A stretch of DNA of 32,000 nucleotides from Geotalea daltonii FRC-32. Lineage in GTDB: Bacteria > Desulfobacterota > Desulfuromonadia > Geobacterales > Geobacteraceae. Shown piece by piece: positions 8,423-16,995 of this stretch. Position 1 is the stretch's first letter, and the number at the start of each line of letters is the position of its first letter. The DNA lies in NCBI RefSeq assembly GCF_000022265.1, contig NC_011979.1, positions 720,001-752,000 of the forward strand, given 5' to 3'. The position numbers were made by a program, and so were the translations under genes. The notes under the pieces were generated by a model, which was given only the letters and a program-made list of their open reading frames with translations, was not told where the DNA came from and did not search any database.

Positions 8423-9524
8423 GGTGTCGATAATCCTTTTCCTCGGGCACCGCATACCAGACGGTATCCCAGAAGGTTGGGGAGTAGTGGCCGAGATAGT
8501 AGTGGTAGCCGTGGAGCATTGAATTCAGAAGAAGCGGAACCTGGAACAGGTGCTGCTTCTTGTGGTAGATGCACACCGCCAGTTGTGGACGGTGCCGCTT
8601 GAGCGTAGCAATGGCGCCCTGAAGGACTTCCGCTTCTGCCCCCTCCACATCGAGTTTGATCAGGTCCACCCTTTCCAGTGCCTGCTCTGTCGTAAATTCA
8701 TCGATGGAGATAGCCGGCACCTGCTGCACTTCGTCCTGCTCTGCCATGTCGGTCACAATCCGCGCGCCTGGGGGATTGTCCCGGTTGGAAAAAAAAGGCA
8801 GGAATGTCCGACTGCTCCAGAGGGCCATGGGGTAAAGGCTGATCTGAGAAGAACTTAAGGGCGAAGGGGTGGCGAGATTCGGGTCGAACCCATGCACGGT
8901 GCCGCCGGGACACAAGCAACGGGCGAATTCCCGGGTATCGGCGCCGTCAAAAACTCCCCCTTCGATGATGGTTTGAAGATCGCCGCTGTTGATGAACTCC
9001 AGGTACTCCCGCCCCATGCTGGAACGGTGGGCGTGAAAATAATCATGCAACCTTTGTTGGTATTCCGGTTGTCTAGTCCGGCTGGTCACCACCAGGTTGT
9101 ACAGGGCCTTCTGTTGAGCATCAGAGAGCAGTGCCGATGTCTGAGCAATCTGCCGGGCCCAGAGTTTCAACTCGCTGTCATCAAAAATAAGGTGCTCGAA
9201 GAGGAGGTCGGGTGCTGCCACCACGAATTCCGTACAGCCGGCTGTTTTGAGCTTTTGGCAGATATCGATCCAGTAGACCGAGGTGACGAGGATGAGGTCA
9301 CAGGAGAGACGATCGATTTCTTCCAGGGTGACCAACGGTATGGTAAGGGTCAAATTTTTTCGGGCATCATCAATCAGGGCGATGACGACTACATCGGGAC
9401 GAGTAGACTGCAGTTTTTGCAGGAGATGCAGGCATCCCTCCCCTACGCCATAGAGGCAGAGCCGCGCACCGGCGGGGATATCTTTCAGTGAGTTGAGAAA
9501 CGAGGGCATTGTTTTCCCAGTCAT
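8409..9524 (-). CDS. FkbM-family SAM-dependent methyltransferase with an N-terminal Rossmann-like extension
   Basis: IIEGGVFDGADTREFA ... HGFDPN ... VDLIKLDVEGAEAEVLQGA...RHRPQLAVCIYH is the FkbM/Methyltransf_21 signature. An ATGA overlap at 9521-9524 links it to the upstream gene. Confidence 0.8.
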   Translation of the reverse strand: MTGKTMPSFLNSLKDIPAGARLCLYGVGEGCLHLLQKLQSTRPDVVVIALIDDARKNLTLTIPLVTLEEIDRLSCDLILVTSVYWIDICQKLKTAGCTEFVVAAPDLLFEHLIFDDSELKLWARQIAQTSALLSDAQQKALYNLVVTSRTRQPEYQQRLHDYFHAHRSSMGREYLEFINSGDLQTIIEGGVFDGADTREFARCLCPGGTVHGFDPNLATPSPLSSSQISLYPMALWSSRTFLPFFSNRDNPPGARIVTDMAEQDEVQQVPAISIDEFTTEQALERVDLIKLDVEGAEAEVLQGAIATLKRHRPQLAVCIYHKKQHLFQVPLLLNSMLHGYHYYLGHYSPTFWDTVWYAVPEEKDYRHHGRK

Positions 9525-10519
9525 CGGCCGCTCCCGCTGCGCCCCAACCAGGCAGTGATGTAACTGACGAACATTTCAGAGGCTTCCTTCATCTTCAGCC
9601 ATTCGGGGGAATTGGTTTCGCCGCTGTGAAAACAGATTTTTCTGGTGAAGAAATGGCGATGATGCTGGTTGGCGTTGGTGGCCGCCCATTCAGTTATCTT
9701 GTCCAATTGGTAGGAACTGCTGGACGGAGAAGGACCATAGCTGTCGTCGCAGGGTTCCATAGCCATTACCAGATCCGAATCCGTAATTACTGCGATTTCA
9801 CTGCTGTCAGGGCATGAAGCGAGAAGGTAGTCGCCATCGATGGTCACATCAAAGGCCACTGAGTTGACCCTCGGGCGCACCAGGATTGGGTGCAGATGGA
9901 AACAGTGCGCGATCAAGCCCTGTTCCGGAACCTTGAAATAGATTTGCGAAGGCCAGATGCTGGCTTGCCTGGTATCGTAAAAGAGGGCGTTGGCAGTAGG
10001 ATGTAGGTGAGAAAGCATCATCTGCACCATATGGCGTGGTTGGATATTCAGTTCGACCGGAGTGTCCTTCGCTGCCAGGCACAAAGGAGTGACTGCATCC
10101 TTTACCACCCGTGGCACAGCGATCATGATGGCCATGGCTTCTTCAGCAACGGACAAAAGGTTGGCGAAGGCACCGGTGGCAAAAATGACGTCCGGCGGCA
10201 GGAAGAGCATGGTTGCACCGATTTCTTCCGCTTCCTTGATGGCGATTTTATGACACAGGGTCATCCGCTTGTATTTCTCGAAGGCGTCCAGAAAATCGAT
10301 TGGAAAAATCTCGGTGGTCATCATGCTCGAAAGGGCCTGATAAGGCGCTGCCCCCCTGATGATTTCGGCGTCCTTACTGGTGGTGAAGATCCGGTACCTG
10401 GAGTTCTTCCCACGAAAAGCCTCCAGGTTTCCCTTGGCGAGGTGGGAGGGGAGAACGATTTCCAGAAAATACCCGGTGTATCCGGGTCCCCAGAGAATTG
10501 TGATCAGATCATATCTCAT
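9521..10519 (-). CDS. Hypothetical protein, possibly a GT-A-like sugar transferase; no recognisable family
   Basis: Track ORF is 9521-10576. I prefer the ATG at 10519 (MRYDLITILWGPGY), which overlaps the stop of the radical SAM gene by 11 nt. An N-terminal beta-strand followed by ...MLFLPPDVIF hints at a DxD-less GT-A fold, but I cannot assign it. Confidence 0.55.
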   Translation of the reverse strand: MRYDLITILWGPGYTGYFLEIVLPSHLAKGNLEAFRGKNSRYRIFTTSKDAEIIRGAAPYQALSSMMTTEIFPIDFLDAFEKYKRMTLCHKIAIKEAEEIGATMLFLPPDVIFATGAFANLLSVAEEAMAIMIAVPRVVKDAVTPLCLAAKDTPVELNIQPRHMVQMMLSHLHPTANALFYDTRQASIWPSQIYFKVPEQGLIAHCFHLHPILVRPRVNSVAFDVTIDGDYLLASCPDSSEIAVITDSDLVMAMEPCDDSYGPSPSSSSYQLDKITEWAATNANQHHRHFFTRKICFHSGETNSPEWLKMKEASEMFVSYITAWLGRSGSGR

Positions 10520-11690
10520 CGACGTAGTTCCCGAGCAGGTTGTTAACCTGGTACAGCAGTTCCTCAGCCTGGACAATGGGTGTTACCGGGCAGGCAAGAC
10601 AGGCATTGTCGATAATGTTGCCGGTTAAAAGCCGCCAGCGGAACTCACGGTAGAGCTCCCCTTGCAGGACGGCGTCCAGATCGATATTTGCCGTGATTCG
10701 CCCCATGGACTTCCCTCTGACGCAGCAGGTGCAGACGGTGCCATCGGCAAGGATATAGGCGCTGGTCCAAGGGGCGAGGCAAAGCCTGGTGCGGCGCTGA
10801 TTCTCATCAGGGGCGATGGTGGTTGCGGCCAGCGACAGGTGGCTGGAGGTTCCTTGGATGCCCTTGACCGGCAGGCGGCACATCTTACTGCTGTCGTCGC
10901 CGTGCATTTGGACATGCTGGCTCAATTCCTGGGCCTTTCTTGCCTTCACCACATCAAGGAAGGAGTTGAAGGCATAAGTGATCTCCACTCCGTTTTTCTT
11001 GGCCAGGAGATCCATTCCCTCGATGGCATCGGCAGCAGCTACAAAATCGCTGCCTTGCAGATCGAAAATGCTCAACAGTTCCCGTGATGACTCCTTGTAA
11101 TACTCGATTTCATTGAAGCTGATCCTGTTGACTCCGTTGGAGACCGCCATGGCGATAAAGTTGCAAAGATGGGGAATGATGCGCTGGCTCAGTACGCTGC
11201 ACCACATAATGGTCGGCGCAGGGTTGTCGTTGACGATGGCCTGGCTGCGGATGAGGTGCATGTTGTAGATGATGGTCCTGGCGTCTGCAGGAGGACGAAG
11301 GGCGCGGAGCAGGTCCTGGTCGGTAGTATCGATACTGAACTGCAGTAAGCTGAACCTGCTCAACACTCTTGCTTCTTCAGCGGTCAGCTTATGGTTCCAG
11401 TTGGAACAGAGGGACATGCTGACGCCTGCATCCAGCAATGCCCGGATATACCCTTCCCATCCTTTAAAGCACAGGGTTTCGCCATAAAAACCAACACCTG
11501 CGGCAGGGATCCGATTCCTGACGATATAGTCGACGATTGTCCGGAGCAGTTCTGGTGGCGTGTCCATCATGGGGCGGTTCTCTGAAAATTGCGGGCAATA
11601 GACGCATTTCAGATTGCATTTTTCTGTGAACATGAAATTTAGCGACAACAGTCGCTGTGCCGGCGCCAGCACATCCGCACTGTCAAGCAT
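10509..11690 (-). CDS. Radical SAM protein with a C-terminal SPASM/twitch-like Cys-rich domain
   Basis: FTEKCNLKCVYCPQ contains the CxxxCxxC motif. The C terminus reads CLAPWTSAYILADGTVCTCCVRG ... NACLACP. GGAG lies 7 nt upstream of the ATG. Confidence 0.85.
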   Translation of the reverse strand: MLDSADVLAPAQRLLSLNFMFTEKCNLKCVYCPQFSENRPMMDTPPELLRTIVDYIVRNRIPAAGVGFYGETLCFKGWEGYIRALLDAGVSMSLCSNWNHKLTAEEARVLSRFSLLQFSIDTTDQDLLRALRPPADARTIIYNMHLIRSQAIVNDNPAPTIMWCSVLSQRIIPHLCNFIAMAVSNGVNRISFNEIEYYKESSRELLSIFDLQGSDFVAAADAIEGMDLLAKKNGVEITYAFNSFLDVVKARKAQELSQHVQMHGDDSSKMCRLPVKGIQGTSSHLSLAATTIAPDENQRRTRLCLAPWTSAYILADGTVCTCCVRGKSMGRITANIDLDAVLQGELYREFRWRLLTGNIIDNACLACPVTPIVQAEELLYQVNNLLGNYVDEI

Positions 11691-11726
11691 AAGGGCTCCA
11701 GTTCAAATACGGGGAAGGAAATGAGC

Positions 11727-11912
11727 TCATTGCATGGTGTAAACGAAGGGGTTGCGCTCTTCCCGGTCCGGGCACTGATCTTCCTTTGTCCCTATGAAGT
11801 AGGGCAGGCAAATCATAATGGTGACGGCGGATATGATCCGCTTGTCCCTGATTGCTCCCGTAAGCACCTGCAGCCAGTAGTGGAAAGAAAAATTAGAAAC
11901 TCGATAGGGCAT
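11727..11912 (-). CDS. Candidate small ORF (61 aa) immediately upstream of the SPASM radical SAM gene
   Basis: ATG at 11912 sits 7 nt after GAGG (catGAGGttttgccATG). It is on the same strand as the operon and fills most of the only sizeable intergenic gap (11691-11934). The protein has two Cys and a hydrophobic core (ISAVTIMICLPYFIG). I recognise no homology. Confidence 0.35.
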   Translation of the reverse strand: MPYRVSNFSFHYWLQVLTGAIRDKRIISAVTIMICLPYFIGTKEDQCPDREERNPFVYTMQ

Positions 11913-11934
11913 GGCAAAACCTCATGGCGGCAGT

Positions 11935-13323
11935 TTAGAGTAACCTGCTCAGATTTTCGGTAATGTAGGTGCAGTAGGTGCTAGCGATAAGCTCTTCTCC
12001 TTCGGGGGAGGTATGCATGATGTCGCCGAAAAGGGTGGCATCTTCACCAAGCTGGAAAAAGTGCTTGTCGAAATCGATGAAATGAGCAAGCTTGCCCGCT
12101 ATTTCCTGTTGGTACTTGTCATAGATAAAGGGCATGTTGTTGAACTGTTCTGACATGCCGCAGTTTTCCGGCTTGACGTACAGGTCTATGAACTTCCGCT
12201 CGACAGGAGAGGGGGTTTTCCTGCTATAGACAGTAGGTTGCAGGCCGGAAATAAACGTCGCTCCAGATGATTTCGCCAGACCCTCGAATTGCAGCAGACG
12301 GGAAAGATATGACTTTATCACCGCCCGCGGCGTGTTCTTTGCCAGAATGGCTCCTGGTGTCAACATCTGGGGAAGATCAAGGTCCTTGGTGTTGTGCAGT
12401 ATCTGTGACCATCGCTCCATGTTGAAATGGTAGGTGATGCACTGGGTGTTCAGCAGATACGGATCCGACATTTGGCCGTAGAAGAGGTCATTAAAGCCGT
12501 CATGGGCGATAACGATGTCCGGCCGTAATTTCTGGCAGTACAGCATATAGTTGAAAATTTCATCAAGAACCACATTGCTCAATTGGGAGAAGTTGACCAC
12601 GCTGAAATGGGTGTCCAGGCCATGTGCTGTGCAGTAGGCGTTTAACTTGTTTTCAAGCTGAACAGCGAATGTTTCTTCGAAAAGATTGTAATATGACCAG
12701 GCGGCGGAGCCGCCAAAAACAGCAATGACTTTGTGCTTAGGGTTTCTCCCAAGGTAGCGGTCGGTATCAAGGGGTATCCTGAAGCCGAACTCGTTGGTGG
12801 GTCCCATGCCGGTGCAGCGGTAGAGGTAGGTATACGGAAAGAAGTAGTAGCGGTTATCCAACCGCTCTCCAAGTGCATTATAAACATGAGTGTAAAGGTG
12901 TTTGTCCACCTGCTGGTTGATCACGGAAAAGGGGGGGTGGAAGAGCTTTCCTGAGGAAAGGGCATAATAGTAGATGAGCTTCGGCTTTTTGTCGTAGATC
13001 TTGTCGAGCATGATAACCAGTTCGTTGGGCACCCCCTCGAAGTATGGGTATGTTTCGTTCAAGGGCCCCTTGTTGACCCGGGTGTAGGCCACATACTCGT
13101 TGGAGCAATCACAGTAGGCAATCAGCCCGAACTTATCCAGTTCAAGAGTCTCCAGCGGTTGGATATTTTCCGCCAGTTCCCGTTGCCACGCTTCATGGCA
13201 ACGGTAGCTGGCGGCGATAATCAGCGTATCCTCAACCTTCAGCCTATATGCCAACGAAAGCCTGACCCGGTCGATTTGGGCTTTGTTTGTCACATCCTTT
13301 GGCAACAAGAGCAGCGCATCCAT
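11935..13323 (-). CDS. SGNH/GDSL-like hydrolase or acyltransferase family protein with an unassigned N-terminal domain of about 190 aa
   Basis: The SGNH blocks appear in the correct order: VIAVFGGSAAW (block I-like), IAHDGFNDL (block III, GxND), FGDIMHTSPEG (block V, DxxH). The start abuts the stop of the carbamoyltransferase gene (TAAATG at 13326-13321). Confidence 0.6.
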   Translation of the reverse strand: MDALLLLPKDVTNKAQIDRVRLSLAYRLKVEDTLIIAASYRCHEAWQRELAENIQPLETLELDKFGLIAYCDCSNEYVAYTRVNKGPLNETYPYFEGVPNELVIMLDKIYDKKPKLIYYYALSSGKLFHPPFSVINQQVDKHLYTHVYNALGERLDNRYYFFPYTYLYRCTGMGPTNEFGFRIPLDTDRYLGRNPKHKVIAVFGGSAAWSYYNLFEETFAVQLENKLNAYCTAHGLDTHFSVVNFSQLSNVVLDEIFNYMLYCQKLRPDIVIAHDGFNDLFYGQMSDPYLLNTQCITYHFNMERWSQILHNTKDLDLPQMLTPGAILAKNTPRAVIKSYLSRLLQFEGLAKSSGATFISGLQPTVYSRKTPSPVERKFIDLYVKPENCGMSEQFNNMPFIYDKYQQEIAGKLAHFIDFDKHFFQLGEDATLFGDIMHTSPEGEELIASTYCTYITENLSRLL

Positions 13324-15087
13324 TTATTTGTCCTTTATGATCAGGTAACTTCCAAGCACAGCGCAGTCCATGTCGCTCCACTCATAGGTTTTCAGCGCGT
13401 CGAAGGCGTTGTTGACGATGGGTTCCCCCCGGCGGTTGTATGAGGTATTCATAATGACTGGCACTCCTGTCAGTTTGTTGAACTCACTGATCAGGTCATA
13501 GTAGAGGGGATTGGTATGGCGGTTTACCAACTGTACCCGTGCAGTGCCGTCCACGTGGGTGACCGAGGGGATCTGCGCCCGTTTTTCCTCCCGCACCTTG
13601 CAGACCGAGAGCATGAAGTATTCGGGATCGCAGGGGGAGTGGATGGCGCCAATGTCGAAAAATTCATCGGCCCGTTCCTCCAGCACGGCGGGTGCAAACG
13701 GCCGGAACGGTTCCCGGAACTTGATCTTCTCGTTGACGATGGCCTGCATCTGCGGATTGGTCGGATCGGCCAGGATGCTGCGGCAACCAAGCGCCCGTGG
13801 CCCCCATTCAAAACGGGACTGCATCCAGCCAATCACCTTGCCAGCGGCAAGTAACCGTGCCACTTCCTGAATCAACTGCCGCTGGTCCGAATAGTAGGAA
13901 TAAGGGGTATAGGTGCTTTTCAAAGCAGCTTCTATCTCCTCGTTCCGGTGCGCTTTGCCCAGGTACATGGAGGTGAGCGGCAGGTGATTTCGGTTCTTCA
14001 GCACCGCAAAGTTGTAATAGAGAGCTGCGCCCAGTGCTCCTCCAGCGTCCCCGGCTGCAGGATGGATATAGAGCCTGCAGTTCAGTTCCCGTTTAAGCCT
14101 GCCGTTGGCCAACGAGTTGAGCGCCACCCCTCCAGCCATACAAACATTGCTACAGCCGGTGCGTCTGATGGCTGTCCCCACCACATGGAGCAGGACCTCT
14201 TCGGTACACTTCTGGATGCTGGCGGCAATGTCAGCATAGTACCGGCACTTCTCAACATGGGCAGCTTCTTCCGGGGAATCGTCTGCCGGTTTGATCCTGA
14301 AGGGGGTCTCCGGTTGCCTCGGCGGACCAAACAGCTGGACTAGCCGGTCTGTGTAAGGCACTGTCTCAGGACATTTGAAATTGAAGCATTCTTGATCCAG
14401 ACGGAAGGTTCCATCGTTCTCCAGGCTGAACCAGGGCATTATCTGGTCAAAAAAGCGCGGGGCTCCGAATCCGGCCATGCCCATTACCTTGTACTCGTCT
14501 TCGTCGACCTTGAAGCCTAACCATGCGGTAAAGGCGCTATAAAAGAGCCCCAGGGAATGGGGCAGGTCAAGGGAGGTCAGCCGCTCGATCATTCCCCCGT
14601 CGGCGTATGAGATAGACAAGGTTTCGAATTCACCCACGCCGTCGACGGTAACAATGGCGGCTTTATCAAATGGAGAGCAAAGAAAGGCAGCGCCGGCATG
14701 GGATTCATGATGTTTGACAAAACGCACTCGTTTGGGTGAGAAGCCCAACTCTGCCGCAATCCTGCTCTCCGGGGTGAACTTTCCTTTTTTGATCCAGGAT
14801 CTTATGGTGTTGGAGAAGTATGCCCTGCTTCCGGGCAAGCTGGGCATTGCCGATTTGACGATACGCTCGAATTTTAAAAAAGGTTTCTCATAGAAGATTA
14901 CGTGATCCACCTGATCAGCCGTGATGCCGGCCGTTTCCAGGCAGAATTTAACCGCCTGCACAGGCAGGCCTGGCTCATTCTTCAGCCGGGTGAAACGCTC
15001 TTCCTGGGCTGCGGCGATTACTTTGCCGTCCTTGAGCAGGGCGGCTGCCGAGTCGTGATAATCGAATGAGAGTCCGAGAATGTACAT
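13324..15087 (-). CDS. Carbamoyltransferase, NodU/CmcH/TobZ family
   Basis: MYILGLSFDYHDSAAALLKDGKVIAAAQEERFTRLKNE... is the conserved N terminus. It has the family's typical length (587 aa) and a C-terminal YrdC/Kae1-like part (HVDGTARVQ..., NTSYNRRGEPIV). Confidence 0.9.
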   Translation of the reverse strand: MYILGLSFDYHDSAAALLKDGKVIAAAQEERFTRLKNEPGLPVQAVKFCLETAGITADQVDHVIFYEKPFLKFERIVKSAMPSLPGSRAYFSNTIRSWIKKGKFTPESRIAAELGFSPKRVRFVKHHESHAGAAFLCSPFDKAAIVTVDGVGEFETLSISYADGGMIERLTSLDLPHSLGLFYSAFTAWLGFKVDEDEYKVMGMAGFGAPRFFDQIMPWFSLENDGTFRLDQECFNFKCPETVPYTDRLVQLFGPPRQPETPFRIKPADDSPEEAAHVEKCRYYADIAASIQKCTEEVLLHVVGTAIRRTGCSNVCMAGGVALNSLANGRLKRELNCRLYIHPAAGDAGGALGAALYYNFAVLKNRNHLPLTSMYLGKAHRNEEIEAALKSTYTPYSYYSDQRQLIQEVARLLAAGKVIGWMQSRFEWGPRALGCRSILADPTNPQMQAIVNEKIKFREPFRPFAPAVLEERADEFFDIGAIHSPCDPEYFMLSVCKVREEKRAQIPSVTHVDGTARVQLVNRHTNPLYYDLISEFNKLTGVPVIMNTSYNRRGEPIVNNAFDALKTYEWSDMDCAVLGSYLIIKDK

Positions 15088-15122
15088 GCCCTACCTCTAC
15101 AGTGGGTGGTTTCGTTTCGTCT

Positions 15123-16580
15123 TTACCAGACCAGATTGTCCCTGGTGTTTTTTCGCACTGTCTTCAGTTCATCTTCAGTTGCACCGGTAATTTCCAACAA
15201 CCGTTCAATCTTGTGAGGGGCGAAGTTGATGCGGTCCCATTCGTAGGCCCGCAGGATACTCACGTCTTTAGTTGTCCACTCCTTGGAGGTTATCTGGCCG
15301 TAACGCCAGTCCACCTTGGGAATGGCTTCATTGCAGACTAAAAGTCCTTGTTCCTTGGCCAAGTAGTACAGCTTCGTTTTATAGAGGGGGACGGCGGCAT
15401 AGATCTTCACATAATCGGCGCCGCACCGTTCGGCGAAGGCCACGGTCTCCCGGATTTCATCCCAGGTCTCGCCGGGAAAGCCGATGATGAAGTTGGCAAT
15501 GCAGTAAATACCTTTTGCCTGGACCTTGGCGATGATTTCTGGAATGGCCGCCAGGTTTTTGATCGGCTTATTGACGATCTCTTTCAGTACCCGCTCATTG
15601 CCCGATTCGATGGCCACGTTGATGCCGACGCAGCCAGACTCCTTCATCAGTTCCAGCAACTCATCTGTGATGAGGAAGAGGGCGAAGGCCGAGGCAATCC
15701 ACTTCAGTTCCAGCTTGCGGTCGATCATCTCCTGGAACAGGCGCCGGGCATAGTCGTTTTCTCCCAGCAGGATGTTATCTTCATCGAAAACGATGGAGCC
15801 GATGCCGTAGCGCTCCTTGAGAAAAAAAAGCTGATCGACCACATCCACCGGATCTCTGGTTCTCACCCGGCGCCCGGCGATGGTTTCCACCTGACAAAAC
15901 GTACAACCGAAGGGACAGCCGCGGGTGGTGACCATGCGCACGTATGGATAGGCAGGGGGCATGTTTGAGGTAAAACTGCGCTGGGGCTTCTCGATGTAGG
16001 CTGCGTAGTCCACCAGTTCATAATCGGGCCAGGGAAGCACTGACAGGTCGTCAACCATGGCCTGCTGCTGTACCACCAGTTTGTCATGTCCAAAGGCAAG
16101 GCCTTTTTCCGGCAGGGGACCCCGTCCTTGCAGGTGCAGCAGCAGCTCCCGCAGCACATGCTCTCCCTCTCCGACCACGCAGTAATCGATGCTGGGGCAA
16201 CATTCCAGTACATGCTCGGGCATGGTCGTGACATGGACCCCTCCAGCAATGACGGTAATGGCGTGATCCACCTCCTTGACCAGCCTGGCGGCTCGGTAGA
16301 GGGCTTGTTCGTATTCGCTGGTGAGGAGGGATAGGCCCACATAATCGGGGGCGAAAGCGGCGATTTCTGCCTTAAAAGCTTCCTGATCCATGTTGTGGAA
16401 CTGGGCGTCGAGGACTTTTACCTCCACCAGATCCTTAACGACGGCTGCCAACAGGCAGAGGGTGGTCGGATCAAGGTTCCAGAGGGTGACGCTGTCATCC
16501 TTGTGCCAGCGCATGTTGGGGTAAGCGAGCAGCAGTCGCTTGCGCCTGGTGTCACTACTATGTTGAGTCTCAATGATCAT
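15123..16580 (-). CDS. B12-binding-domain radical SAM protein (class B, methyltransferase-like)
   Basis: The N-terminal cobalamin-binding-like domain (LLLAYPNMRW..., VGLSLLTSEY...VIAGGVHVT) is followed by TTRGCPFGCTFCQ (CxxxCxxC). The track start at 16586 is a TTG, so I use the ATG at 16580 (MIIETQ). Confidence 0.85.
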   Translation of the reverse strand: MIIETQHSSDTRRKRLLLAYPNMRWHKDDSVTLWNLDPTTLCLLAAVVKDLVEVKVLDAQFHNMDQEAFKAEIAAFAPDYVGLSLLTSEYEQALYRAARLVKEVDHAITVIAGGVHVTTMPEHVLECCPSIDYCVVGEGEHVLRELLLHLQGRGPLPEKGLAFGHDKLVVQQQAMVDDLSVLPWPDYELVDYAAYIEKPQRSFTSNMPPAYPYVRMVTTRGCPFGCTFCQVETIAGRRVRTRDPVDVVDQLFFLKERYGIGSIVFDEDNILLGENDYARRLFQEMIDRKLELKWIASAFALFLITDELLELMKESGCVGINVAIESGNERVLKEIVNKPIKNLAAIPEIIAKVQAKGIYCIANFIIGFPGETWDEIRETVAFAERCGADYVKIYAAVPLYKTKLYYLAKEQGLLVCNEAIPKVDWRYGQITSKEWTTKDVSILRAYEWDRINFAPHKIERLLEITGATEDELKTVRKNTRDNLVW

Positions 16581-16992
16581 AATCAAGTTGTTCCTGAGCT
16601 ATCAGTTCACGTGCCGCTTGAAGTGCCCGCCGGTCATGTTCGGCCATGAGCAGGTCTTCCGTTTCCCCCGGTCCGAACCATCCCCAATTTTGCCCTTCAC
16701 AGAGTTGCAGGGCATTTTTGTCCCCCCGGTAGTGTTCCATGAACAGATACAGCCGGCATTGGAGTCCTTGTACGGAAAAGGGTTGTTCCAAAACGAATCG
16801 AGGGGCGGTTAGACGGTAGCAGAGTTCTTCCTCCGTTTCGCGGATTACCGTTGCAATTGGTGATTCATGCTCCTCACAACCGCCGCCGAAAAAAGCCCAG
16901 TATCCGGGAAAGAAGGGGGCGTCATCCGTTCGGTGCTGCAGCAGGACTTTCTGTTGCCGGTCGTAGAGGAGAATGACAGCTACCCGGTGCAT
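16570..16992 (-). CDS. NUDIX hydrolase
   Basis: The Nudix box is GGGCEEHESPIATVIRETEEELC (G-x5-E-x7-REUxEExGU). Confidence 0.85.
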   Translation of the reverse strand: MHRVAVILLYDRQQKVLLQHRTDDAPFFPGYWAFFGGGCEEHESPIATVIRETEEELCYRLTAPRFVLEQPFSVQGLQCRLYLFMEHYRGDKNALQLCEGQNWGWFGPGETEDLLMAEHDRRALQAARELIAQEQLDYDH

Positions 16993-16995
16993 GGG

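Noticed and set aside
11721-11963. Plus-strand 80-aa ORF in the 11691-11934 gap.
   Set aside because: It opposes the operon direction, overlaps the 3' end of the SGNH gene, and has no evident RBS. The minus-strand 61-codon ORF has a well-spaced GAGG and is the better, though still tentative, candidate.
13845-13860. GCAA-N6-GTGCCA on the plus strand, which would be a sigma-54-like element on the minus strand.
   Set aside because: The spacer is 6 rather than 5, and the site is in the middle of the carbamoyltransferase coding sequence.
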